Positions 38,836-49,835 of a DNA stretch of 64,000 bases are shown here, piece after piece. The position numbers and the translations under genes were made by a program. Position 1 is the first letter of the stretch. The number at the start of each line of letters is the position of its first letter. Source of the DNA: Octopus sinensis (Eukaryota); the NCBI RefSeq assembly GCF_006345805.1, contig NC_042997.1:206832001-206896000 (forward strand), written 5' to 3'. The notes below the pieces were generated by a model. The model made no database searches, was not told the origin of the DNA, and saw only the letters and a program-made list of their open reading frames with translations.

Positions 38836-38896
38836 AATAAGACTCAGAGTTTCGGATGTCAGAGCTGAAATCTACTCCGGCATCTCATCAGTTACT
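38836..38896 (-). ncRNA. Type-I hammerhead ribozyme, canonical core, intronic on the gene's sense strand
   Basis: Minus strand agtaa-CTGATGA-gatgccggag-tagatttcag-ctctgacatc(c)-GAAAC-tctga-GTC-ttatt. Confidence 0.7.
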
Positions 38897-39186
38897 CAGA
38901 CAAAACAAAAAATGCTATGAAAAAACTTTTGAAGAAAGGAAAATTACTCTAATAAGCGTAGGAAAGTAAAACTTTTTTCACAGAATCTGCATATGCGCAC
39001 ACATATATATATACATACACGTGTGCACACACACACATGTTCGTGTGTGTGTATATATATATGTAGTGGATCTTGCATGCATGAAGTGGATTCGATCCAC
39101 CATAGCCAAATTTAAATTAACACTACTACAGAACTTTTCCCATGATTGAACAATGGTTTTTCTCTGACAGTAGTTTTGCATTTTTC

Positions 39187-39540
39187 AGATGCCTTTAGCT
39201 AGGCCGAAATAATGTCTTCACCACTTGACCCTTTCTAACCTCTTCTACTTCACCAAAAGCTAGAGTAGAGATAACAAGACCACCAACTAAATCTATTGTT
39301 CTCAATGATATATCTATCCTTCTGGATCCTTATATAAGCAAGCACATCCCAAGCAAAAATCAGTTAGATGCCTTTAGCTAGGCGAAATATGTCTCACCAC
39401 TTGACCCTTTCTAACTCTTCTACTTCACAAAAGCTAGAGTAGAGATAACAAGACCACCAAACTAAATTATTGTTCTTCATGATTATATCTATCCTTCTGG
39501 ATCCTTATATAAGCAAGCACATCCCAAGCAAAAATCAGTT
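39187..39540. repeat. Tandem duplication of ~180 bp; copies differ by single-base indels
   Basis: 39187-39365 versus 39366-39540. Confidence 0.9.
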
Positions 39541-39969
39541 CATCACAGTAGTGATGACTCAATGGAGTTAGTCACGGTCGGTGATGACTCAACGAGGTCT
39601 GGCTGACCAACTTTGGTCAGAGGGGGAAAGCAAGTGTGAGATAACACCCTACAATTCTCTCTAGCTCTAATTCTGTCCTCTTACAACATCATTCTATCTC
39701 TCTCTGTAATTACTACTACTAAACATTGAAGAGGGCACATACACAAACTTTACTTCGCATGCTTTTGGATTTATCACAACCTGCCCATCGAGGCTAGGTA
39801 TTGTAATGTAACGGTAAACAAACATTTCCTTAAAACTTCATGCATTGTCTATCTTTCACATCCTACAGTATGCTGTCATAACAACAAATAATCATCGTCA
39901 CAACTGCTGACTCCGACAATTTCAATATCAACAAAACTAAATCCGTTATATATATATATATATAGTGAG

Positions 39970-41470
39970 AATTTACAAAAAATAAAAGATGAAGACAGGT
40001 CTGTAAACAACAAGCAGATGTATTAGTTTAATGCTCGGGAAGTGAGAAAGTCTTTAATGTTTCGAACCTACGCTCTGAAAGAAACACAGAAATAAACAGG
40101 GAGAGAAAAAAAATGTTGGCTAGCAATCTATCATGACGAATGCTGTTCAGAGGAGTCACACAGGAAAGCTAGGAAGAATGGGAAATAATAAAGTAGTTGT
40201 GATCCCAAAACGAATGCGTGCGTACGTGTGAGAGCGTGTATGAGCATGTGGATGAGGATTGGTGACCTTGACGCGTGTGTGTGCATGTGTAGATGTATGG
40301 GTGATGGTGTGGGTTCTGGGAAGTGGTTAGTGCTAGTGTGTGCAGGGTGGTATGATGTGGTGTGGGGGGGGAAGCAAGGGTGAGATTGGGGTGTAAGGAT
40401 GAAGTGGGATTGGATGTACGGGGATGGTGGGGTTGGATTGTGTAGTGGTGGGGGTCACAAGGAAGGGAGAGGGGGAAATGAGAAGGTGGGTAGGAGTGAA
40501 GAGAGGAAGTAGGTGTCAGAGCAAGAGCAGAGGTGGGAGGGAGGAAATAGGTGTGAGAGGAGGAGGGTTTGATGAAGAGGGGAAGAGAGTTGAGCCCATG
40601 TGGTGCAAAGGAGTGAAGAGAGAAGATTAATCTCTGTTCACAGCAAAATGGAAGTCTGGATGCCCCCTGTGCAAGGACATTCCGAACACAGACAGGTGTT
40701 GTAAAGAATGACCGGTAGAGCGGAAATGGCATGTGATCGGAGTGTCGTTGCCAAATCTGATGTCTCAGAGGTGTTCCATGAACCAGTCAGCCAAGCGGCT
40801 TCCCATTTGACTGATGTACAGAGACGGACAGAGAGAGCAGGAGATGCAGTAGATGATGTTGCTAAAAGTGCAGGTGAAGGAGACAGTGATATGATGGATG
40901 CCTGTGAGGGAGGCTGTTGACCAAGCGGTTGTGTAGGTTGTGGGTTCTTTTGAAGGAGGGGAGAGGTCAGTTAAGGAAAATGTGCAAAGGGTAGGGGTCG
41001 GACTGGAGTCGCCAGAAGGCTTGTAGAATGGTGCGTTGGATAGGGTGGTGGGGTGGTAGGTGAGGGTAAACAGGAGAAGGCGGGGGAGAGAGCAGAAGCA
41101 CAGTCCATTGAACGTGCTCTGGCAAGGGCAGTGTGGATAGGGGTGAAGGGATAGCTACGTAGGATGAAGTGGCAAGCCATGAGTTGAGACTCAGTCTCAA
41201 ACTCATGGTCGTCACTGCAGAGCCTGTGTAGATGAAGGAATTAAGAATAGGGGATGGAGAGCTTGGTGTGTTTAGGGTGGGAGGAGGAGAAGTTGAGGTA
41301 TGAGTGTGAGTCTGTGTTTTTATTGGATGGAGGTGTGAGAGTGGAGTGATGAATGCTGACCGAAATGTTGAGAAAGGTAATGGAAGCATTTGGGGGGGGG
41401 GCGCAAATGCAAAATATACGTTAGTCCTAGAGTGCACAATATACCTAAAGGTCAGCAATGGTCTTCCTCG
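39970..41470 (-). mobile_element. Degenerate Penelope-like element (GIY-YIG remnant and pseudo-LTR)
   Basis: FTCTFSNIIYCISCSLCPSLYISQMGSRLADWFMEHL on the minus strand near 40720-40880; ends approximate. Confidence 0.7.
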
Positions 41471-42652
41471 GTCATGAGTGGACAGCCATATATATATAGA
41501 CATATACATAATTATTATTGACAAAAGCAGTATTAATATGAAAAGCAATCTTTATATCCAACTTAACATAAAGGTCATGTTAGAACAGAGAGAACTGCAT
41601 TATTTACCTCAAGAGGGACTCCCACAGGGCCCTGGGTGCATAAAAGCACTCATATTTATATTTTTAACAGGCGAGAACCATCTGCTACGATCACTATTTA
41701 CTGCCAGATGACATGATTTCATCCTGCCTGGACTCTTCAGTAGAAGACATCTAGTGGTGACATAACAGCCAAATCTATTGACGATGTATAGAATTTCAGT
41801 ATCTGTTAAGGCACTGATTTAGCAAATAGCCAGCAAGCCTATGAAAAAAGTAATTAATAGCAACAGAAGCAATAGTAATACCAACAGGCAATTTTTATAT
41901 CCAACTAAATGTGGATGCTGTGTTTGAGCATCAAATACTGCGTTATTTAACGTGAGAGGACATCTCATATGGATGTCTGGTGCATAAAAGCACTCATATA
42001 TTGTTGGCAGAGAAGAGTCGTCTGCTTGGGTGCCAGGACTGCCACACCCTCACACAACAACAACAAATACTGTACCTCTAGAATGTCAGCTGTGCCACAA
42101 CAGGCCTCTTTTCAATTCCCGTCCACCAAATCCGACTGAGAAGGCTTTGGCCAACCCAGGTCTATAATAAACGACTCACCCCAAATACCTTGCCATGGAA
42201 CTGAACCAGAAATCATGTGGAACATCAACCTTTTAACCATATTGCCACATCTTCTACAATAATATATATATATATATAATATCATCATCATTTCACATCT
42301 GTTTTCGATGCTGGCAAGGCCGGAGAGCTGCCCAGGTACCAATTTTCTCTTTTGGTATAGGTTCTATGGTTGGATGCCCTTCCTTTACAGAATGCCAACC
42401 ACTTTAGAGAATGCACTGGGTGCTTTTTATGTGACACCATCACAGGTGCTGCTGTCACGTAAAAAGTGGAGTTGCCAAGTTACTTGCAAGACAAAGACTT
42501 TTAGTTGAGACTGGGAGTGAAACCAAGGGAAGTGGATGGGTGCCAGGGGAGAGGTTAGAATAGAGGGATAGTTGCCTTACTATAGACTAAATATTGTAAT
42601 TACTATTTCTATACCAAATAATTTGAACAGAATAAAAATGGTAAATTCTTAC

Positions 42653-42900
42653 CTGTACTGATGGCAGGAATTGCAATTGATGTATAAGGCTTTTTTTCAA
42701 GAAATGCCAAACAATTTTGAACAGCTACTGAAAGGTAAAAATTTCCTGATCCCTTCCATTATTCCAAATGGGTCCAACAGCATGAACGATAGTCTTGCAT
42801 TTGAGTCTACCAGCATTAGTTGACACTACTTCTCCAGTTTTCAGTTCACTCCTTCTTTCTTTCATAATTTTACTGGATTCAGCTTGAATTTCAAACCCAC
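42653..42900 (-). CDS. PARP14: Macro-PARP exon, middle of macrodomain 1; one base short at 42737-42744
   Basis: GGFEIQAES...TNAGRLKCKTIVHAVGPIW...[fs]YLSVAVQNCLAFLEKKPYTSIAIPAIST; 248 nt where 249 is needed. Confidence 0.9.
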
Positions 42901-43849
42901 CTGCAAAGATATTTGCATTCTTATGTTCCTGCTTAATGCATGTTAATATATGTAAATATATGTATATATTAATATATTACATTATATATTAATATTTTAT
43001 TTCAGTGCCTTGGCCGAAAAATACGAATCGCAGAAGATGCTCAGACAAGAAGTTTTGTTTTTTCAACCTCGTCACTTACTCTTCTATTTCTGCTCAGATC
43101 ATAAACCCCTTGTTAGCTCTTTTTATTATTCTGCCTATTTCATTACCATGTAGACATGTAAATATAGTTTCCTCTTCCTTGCTGTTGCCTTAAGATAACC
43201 TTAGTTCATGGATTTCCCTTAACCGCAACATATTCATTCATTCATCTATTCAAGTCTATCACACAGTCACTTATTTCTCTAATTTTGTCTTAGACTGGCT
43301 CTCAGATTCTTCAATTCTATTTTACTATTATCAACATTTGCTGTCTTGTTTAATTAACTATGCCACACAAATCCCAAAAGAATATCTCTCCCTCGTGTCC
43401 TGACCCCCTCCCTTCTCTCTGCCTCACCATCTCTCTCTCTCTCTCTCTGTGTCTCTATCTCTCTTTCGAGTACCACTTGCCTCACCAAGACTTCCTACTT
43501 CCTCCACCACCACCACCACCACCCTATATAAACTAGCGCACGTACTCGGATTCCCCTACTCGATTCTTAATACCTCCACCGAAAGAATACGTATGCAGGA
43601 GATGCTCTCATCCATGTTTGCTAGTTCGCGGTGCACCCACCCTTCCACCCCATCCACCTGTACCGGAAGTCCCTATTTTTGTCATCCTTTGGTTGCCTCC
43701 CATGAACACTTCTGAAGGCTTTATGTCATCTCCACCCCCTACTATATAAGGTAGTGATCATATAGTGCAAAAATATGATAGTGTACGCAGGTGGAACTTA
43801 AGGCTATTGTTTGTTTATGAATTCTGCCAAATGTGAGCTCTCTTTTCAG

Positions 43850-46755
43850 GTACATGACGCTACTGTCCCCATCCCAGGTCTCAAGGGCCCATACCTCCCA
43901 TACCCTCAGGGTTGGCACTCTCAATGTTGGCAAACTGAATGGTAGGTCTGGTGAGATTGTTGATATGCTTGAATGGAGATGTGTTGATATGTGCTGCATC
44001 CAAGAAGTAAGGTGGAGAGGAGGTTCTGCTAGGTACCTCACAGGCAAAGAACACAGGTACAAGGTTTTCTGGGCTGGGAACACTGATGGGGTCGGGGGCG
44101 TGGGTATACTTTTTGCAGGAAAATGGTTAGATAAGGTAATTGAGGTAGTCAGAGGATACTTAAGATTAGATTAGTGCTTCGTCATGGGTTAGTAACCATT
44201 ATCTCAGCCTTTACCCGATGGACAGAAAGACCGATTCTATGACACCTTCTTACAGACTACCACATTAACGAATGACAGGGACCTTCTCTTTGTGGCTGGT
44301 GACTTCAATGGACATGTTGGACAACATGCCAGGGGCTTCCATGGCATACATGGATGCTACGGTTTTGGCTCTCGCAATGAGGAAGGAACCAGGCTGCTGG
44401 AGTTCTGCGATGCAAATGATCTTATGGTTTGCAATACTTATTTCAGAAAAACCTGTCAGTCACCTACTCACCTACTGTTCTGGCAGTATTGACTATATCC
44501 TCACCAAAAAAGAGAAAGATGGCTGCTTATAATTGCCAAAACATTCCCAGGCGAAGAATGCACCCCACAACATAGACTGGTAGTTAGCGACTTCAGGATC
44601 AGGGCTAAATGGATGCCCAGAAGATGACCAGCATGGAGGAGAAGGGTCTGGAAGCTTAAAGATCCTGGAATGGACAGAGATTTAGAGACATATTACTTGA
44701 AGCCTTTGACGAAATAGAAGGGGATATAGCTTCACACGATGTAGAAGACAACTGGAGGTTTCTACGGGACAACCTGCTATGGGCCAATGACCAGATGTGT
44801 GGATGGTGCAAAGTCCCATCTTGAGCCAAAATAACGTTGTGGTGGAACAATGTTGTTGACAGGGCTATTAAAGAAAAGAAACATGCTCTGAAGGACTGGA
44901 AGAACGGAGGTAGCAGGGAATTGCATCAGACTGCCAGAAGGGAAGCAGATAAGAAAAAATTTACCAATGTTCTGTGCTGTGAGGACCAAAGACTTGAGGT
45001 ATCTCGTGTTGCAAAACAATGTGTGAGAGTGAATCGTGATGTCGGGGAGAAATGTGTTCGCATGAATGATGGTTCACTTGCACTAAACGAGGCTGCAAAG
45101 AGAGAGATTTGGAGATACCACTACAAAAGGTTACTCAATAAAGAGAATGAATGGGAAAAAGAGAGTCTGCTGAATGTCGACCCCACAGAGGGACAAGCTA
45201 TTGGGAGATAAAGCGATTAAGGGTCTGAAGACCAGCTATCCGTGTTGACAGTACCTTGGTAGATAAAGCAATTAAGACAGGGAAAGCCCCCGGTCCATGA
45301 GGAAGAGATACTCAAAATATCTGGCAGTGTCGGCTATAGCCTAGTCACCCGTATAGTTAACCAGGTGATACACGGAGGAGTCATACCCAATGACTGGTGT
45401 AGCAGCATAATAGTCAACTGCTACAAAAGAAATGGTGACACATTAGATACAAATAATTAATGAGGTATCAAGTTGTTAGATCAGGTAATGAAGGTTACAG
45501 AGAGGGTCATAGCCCAACTGATTAGGGAGAGAGTCAGCTTGGATGAGATTAATTAATGAAGGTCATGGAGAGGGTCAGTTTAGATGAAATGCCGTTTGGG
45601 TTCATGCCAGGGAAAAGTACCACTGATCCTATATTTCTGGTAAGACAACTGCAGGAGAAATACTTAGCCAAAGATAAACCTCTGTACCTGGCTTTTGTTG
45701 ACATGGAGAAAGCATTTGACATGGTCCCACAATCCCTTATCTGGTGGTCAATGAGGAAACTAGGGATAGATGAATGGTTAGTAAGAGCTGTGCGAGCCAT
45801 GTACAGGGATGCTATCAGTAAAGTGAGGGTTGGCAACAAGTACAGTGAAGAATTCCGGGTTGAGGTAGGGGTCCACCAAGGTTCAGTCATTAGCCCCCTC
45901 CTATTTATCATAGTCCTCCGGGCAATAACAGAGGAATTCAAGACAAGATGTCCTTGGGAGCTCCTCTATCCTGACGACCTTGCTCTAATTTCTGAGTCAC
46001 TATCAGAACTCGAGATGTTTCAGGTGTGGAAACAAGGATTAGAATCGAAGGGCCTCAGAGTCAACCTATCTAAAACCAAAGTCCTAATAAGTAGGAAGGT
46101 AGATAAATCACAAATGTCTTCACGTAGATGGCCCTGCTCGATCTGTAGAAAAGGCGTAGGTAGAAACTCTATAAGATGTACCCAGTGTAAGCTATGGACA
46201 CAAAAGAGGTGCAGTAATATCAGAGGAAGACTGTGCTTGTGAAGACTTGTTGAGGCAAGTGAAATTGAAATGGAAACCAAATTTGATGACTGGCATCCGT
46301 GCTAGTGGGGCGCACAGGGCACCATCTGAGAGTGATCGTTGCCAGAGCAGCTGACTGGCTTCCATGCCAGTGGCACATAAAAAGCACCATTTGAGAGTGA
46401 TTGTTACCAGCGTCACCTTACTGGCACTTGTGCTGGTGGCATGTGAAAAAACATTTGAACGAAGTCGTTGCCAGTGCCGCTGGATTGGCTCCTGTGCAGC
46501 TGGCACATAACAAACACCATTTGAGCATGGCCGTTGCCAGTACCGCCTGAAGCTAACTGGCTTCCGTGTCGGTGGCATGTAACAGCACTCACTACACTCT
46601 CTGAGAGGTTGGCGTTAAGAAGGGCATCCAGCTGTAGAAACTGTGCCAGATAGAGATTGGAGCCTGGTGCAGCCATCTGGTTCGCCAGTCCTGAGTCATT
46701 TGTCCAACCCAGGCTAGCATGGAAAGCGGACATTAAACGATGATGATGATGATGA
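43850..46755 (+). mobile_element. RTE LINE with APE endonuclease and RT, degraded, distal ORF deleted
   Basis: LRVGTLNV..CIQEVRW, AGDFNGHVG, FGFMPGKSTTD, HQGSVISPLLF, LLYPDDLAL; (GAT)n tail at 46740-46755. Confidence 0.9.
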
Positions 46756-47879
46756 TAAATATATATTGTTATATTATATCAATATATATATTTCATTTTA
46801 ATTCTATATTACTTGTGTATATGTGTATGTGTATAAAGATTTTTTTCTTTATGAACGCTTTTGATTGGAATTCAACCCACTTTTTTTTCTTTGTTTTGTT
46901 TCTTCTCTTCTTCCTCCCGAAAAGAAAAGATCTACTTTGTATTTTGTCCCTTCTGTATTCAGCCTTGTGTGCCAAGACTGTTAGTGTATTGAGAGAGAAG
47001 TTCGTCAGAAGAAGAACTGGTTGCAGTCTGCGAGAGAAGACAGTACTGGTTTGGTCATGTGATATGGATGGATGCTGACAGCTCCACGAAGAAGTGCCGT
47101 ACATTCAAAGTGGTTGGAACTTGTGTAAGAGGGAGACCCAGGAAAACAGAGGATGAAGTACTGAAGGAGAACCCCTAAATGGTGACTCTTGAGGATGAGA
47201 TGCCAAAGGACTGAGATATCTGGTGCCTTGCTGTGCTCAAGAAGACCTCTCCTCCACAGCAGAAGTGTATCAACTTTATGCTTAGAGAAAATAGGAAGTG
47301 TTTAACATTTTGAGCCTACTCTTTGACAGAAAGAATAGAAGAAGAGAGAGAGAAAAGAAGAAACGTGTGTCAGAGTGTGACTACAAGCTGAAATGATGGG
47401 AGGAGGAGGAAGAGGTTGCTGAAGGGTGTCAGTGGCTCTGGCAACCTAGGGAGACATCTATGAGTGCTGACTTGAGGTACGAGTGACAACCTGGCATGTA
47501 GGTGACATACTATGAACTAATGCGTACATATATATACTCTATGAATTTGTGCATGTGTATGAGTATCTATGCATGTGTGTATGTATGTCCATGCTTTCGG
47601 TTTATGTGTGTGTGTGTTCATGTGTGTTGGTGTGTACATGTGTATGTATATGAAGCTAATGCACACTATCTTGTGTGAGTGTGTGTGTCTGTCCACCATA
47701 ATTTAATGTTCATGGATGGGTGTCCTTTTTGTAGCCAAGTGTCACATGTTTCCAAATGAGGGAATATTTCCCCATGGTCAGACATGTTTTTCATGGAAAA
47801 CTGGAAAAGACACAACATCACTTGTGTGATGGTGATTTACAACCATCGTGTGCTATCAACACCTGGCTACTCACCCCCC

Positions 47880-48052
47880 ACACACACATGTATGTATAAA
47901 TGATGAGCTTCTTTCAGTTTCTATCAATGAAATCCACTCCCAAGGCTTTGGCCAACCATTGACCTATAACAGAAGACACTTGTCCAAAATGCTGTGAGTG
48001 GAATTGAACCTGAAACCACAAGGTCAGGAAGCAAGCTTCTCAACCACACTTG
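47880..48052 (-). mobile_element. tRNA-derived SINE
   Basis: A-box-like tgtggttgagaag and B-box ggttcaattcc on the minus strand. Confidence 0.7.
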
Positions 48053-48095
48053 GATCTAAAAAGAAACATGAACTATAAAAAATGGTATTACTAAC

Positions 48096-49629
48096 CTTTC
48101 TGCACAATGGCTGCTGCAACCCCACCCCTGTGTTCCAGTCTGCCATTTGCAGCATTAACAATAGCATCTGTGTCCAGAGTCGTGATGTCACCTTCCTTCA
48201 ACACTATTTCACAGTTCTTATACTTAACATTAACTATTTCATCTGTTTCACTTCCTAAATCTGAATTTAATGATATTATGCTCTCAGATTGCTTCTGCAT
48301 TTCACATAAGAAATTCTTTCCTTCTTCATTTTCCAGAAATTCTTGAAATCCAAACATTTCAAAGTTTTCTTCTTTTGAGCTGATATCTTTTCTTAAGTTT
48401 TCTATAAATGTTTCCATTTTCCTAATTTGGTTTTGTGTTCCTTCCAGGTGTAACTTATTATCTTTGAGACACACATTCTTAATTTTATTTTTCTCACTAA
48501 AGTCATTGATTTCCTGTTCTTTGAACTCTTTAAGAAAGAGGAAATGTGCAAGATTCATCGATATATAAGATTCGTAAATTAAAGATTGCTCAAAGTTATC
48601 AATTTTGCTCTTCATATAATCAACTACGGCATCAACAGCAATAATAGAATTTTCTCCGAAAAAACAGGAATCTGGACTCTCTTCTTTTAGACTTTCAACA
48701 TATGTCAGCCACTTTACATGATTTGGAGTATCCTTAATTTTGTCCACAAAATCCAGTGTATTGGCAACAAAAGTTTCTTTCATGATTTCTTCCAAAAGTG
48801 AAAGATGTGTTTTATCACTTGCATAAAGTATTACTGAATCACCATCACCCGTTTCCCATGAACCGATACATTTCTTGTTTCTCAGTTTTTCATCAAGATA
48901 TTCTTTCACTGGTTTTTTATTTATGATCATTCCAGTATTTAAAGGCAAACCCAGTTTCGATCTTACAACTGACTGAAGTATTTTATTCATATCCTTTTGA
49001 CATTCGGCTATTTTCGAAGTTGGCCTTTAAAAATAACTTTGTTAACATAAATTCTGACTTTTAGATCTTCAGATTGTCTTTCTGCCTGCTCACGAAATCT
49101 GAGACCAGATAAATACGTTTTTCATGAATATTTAAATCATCCTCACGTTCCGTTCTAAGATTATCCAAAAGTCTCTTTTTCATTTTAATTACATTACTTG
49201 TATCAAATCCCAAAATATGAGCTTGGAAATTCCGGTTATCAAAATAAAAATACCTTTGGTCGGCTTCACTGTTAAATGTTCTAACAATGTCCTCAAACAT
49301 ATCATCTGGAACATCAATAGTTTCAATAGTAATGGAATTTAATAAATCTTCCAAACATTTTTCAATTTCCTCAAAATTTTCTTCAGAATATTTTAATTTC
49401 AGTTTATTAAACTTGGAATCTTTCCAAATTACTTCAGCCCATTTCTTTAATTGGTCATTAACTTTGATTTTATGTTTCTGTAAGAAAGTCAGATGGAACT
49501 GGGAAGGTAGTAAATAGTCATGGACTTGCTGGCTTGAAATGGTATTTTCTTCAAGTGGTTCCCAGAATGGTTGAACATCTAACTCCACATCTTCCAATTG
49601 ATGTCGTCTTCTACAAACGTCCAGCACAA
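48096..49629 (-). CDS. PARP14: Macro-PARP large exon (RRM end, long linker, start of macrodomain 1); two -1 frameshifts
   Basis: VVLDVCRRRHQLEDVELDVQPFW...IVLKEGDITTLDTDAIVNAANGRLEHRGGVAAAIVQK; acceptor tttttcataatttag, donor gttagt; 1534 nt where 1536 is needed. Confidence 0.9.
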
Positions 49630-49835
49630 CTAAATTATGAAAAAGTAAAAAGATAAAATAATTTCGTTGGTGAGGAATTAGGGGTGAGCTGGGGAGTTCA
49701 GTGGGTAAAGACAGAAAAATATTTGAAGACAAAGTTATAAGTTATTATTATAATACATTAGCAAACAGGAAAATATAATCAACATTTAACTGATACTAAG
49801 TAAACACTATCTCTATTAATTATAATAAATACTAG

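Larger units (their letters stand above)
2686..49629 (-). other. PARP14: Span of a multi-exon PARP14-like (macro-PARP) gene; 12 exons reconstructed, 5' and 3' ends outside the window
   Basis: GT-AG exons join with compatible phases and translate to three macrodomains (DAIVNAAN..HRGGVAAAI, VHAVGP, AIPAISTGIFG; DVIVNSTN; SLAFPILGAG). Orthology (PARP14 vs PARP9/15) is inferred from architecture only. Confidence 0.8.

Noticed and set aside
40052-40082. Eroded hammerhead-like motif (minus strand gagcgtaggttcgaaac) in the third Penelope remnant
   Set aside because: Core too degraded to call
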